Source: Octopus sinensis (taxonomy: Eukaryota). Taken from it: a DNA stretch of 64,000 nt. This document shows, piece after piece, positions 63,851-64,000 of the stretch; within the stretch, counting starts at the first letter, position 1, and every line of letters starts with the position of its first letter. Location of the stretch: assembly GCF_006345805.1 (NCBI RefSeq), contig NC_043019.1, forward strand, positions 17,359,360-17,423,359. Direction: 5' to 3'. Under the pieces are notes generated by a model that worked only from the letters and a program-made list of their open reading frames with translations, was not told where the DNA came from and did no database searches. Made by a program: the position numbers and the translations under genes.

Positions 63851-64000
63851 TGTTGGCTAACAGAATCAATAGAGTATCAGCAAAATACTTTATGATTTTG
63901 GGCTGTGTTCTGGGTTCAAATCCTGCCAAGATAGATTTCATCTTTTCTCATTTCAGGATCAATAAATTAAATATAAGGCAAAGTAAACAAATTCCTGGGG

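Overview
AT-rich, repeat-saturated eukaryotic DNA. The SINE families, CR1/RTE LINEs and very long (TA)n arrays suggest a coleoid cephalopod, most likely Octopus (inference). I find no intact host protein-coding gene: the supplied ORFs I could interpret are microsatellite translations, SINE read-throughs or transposon remnants. Main contents: (1) a 5'-truncated CR1-group LINE (30210-32619, minus) plus a second copy of its 3' end, both embedded in a ~10.5 kb TA/TATG array; (2) about 15 copies of a tRNA-derived SINE whose 3' tail matches that LINE, with a covarying stem-loop; (3) three other SINE families showing head/tail module swapping; (4) RTE and HERO-like LINE remnants; (5) decayed piggyBac and mariner transposases, TTAA, hAT and TA MITEs, and a Helitron-like element; (6) three (TA)n-associated elements carrying minimal hammerhead-ribozyme-like motifs; (7) sparse splice-signal evidence of host transcription: a minus-strand exon candidate at 5005-5244, a recursive-splice-like AG|GT site at 17826/17827 (minus), and a plus-strand non-coding exon candidate at 61113-61184. 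Degraded-repeat boundaries are approximate and all family names come from motif recognition, not database searches.
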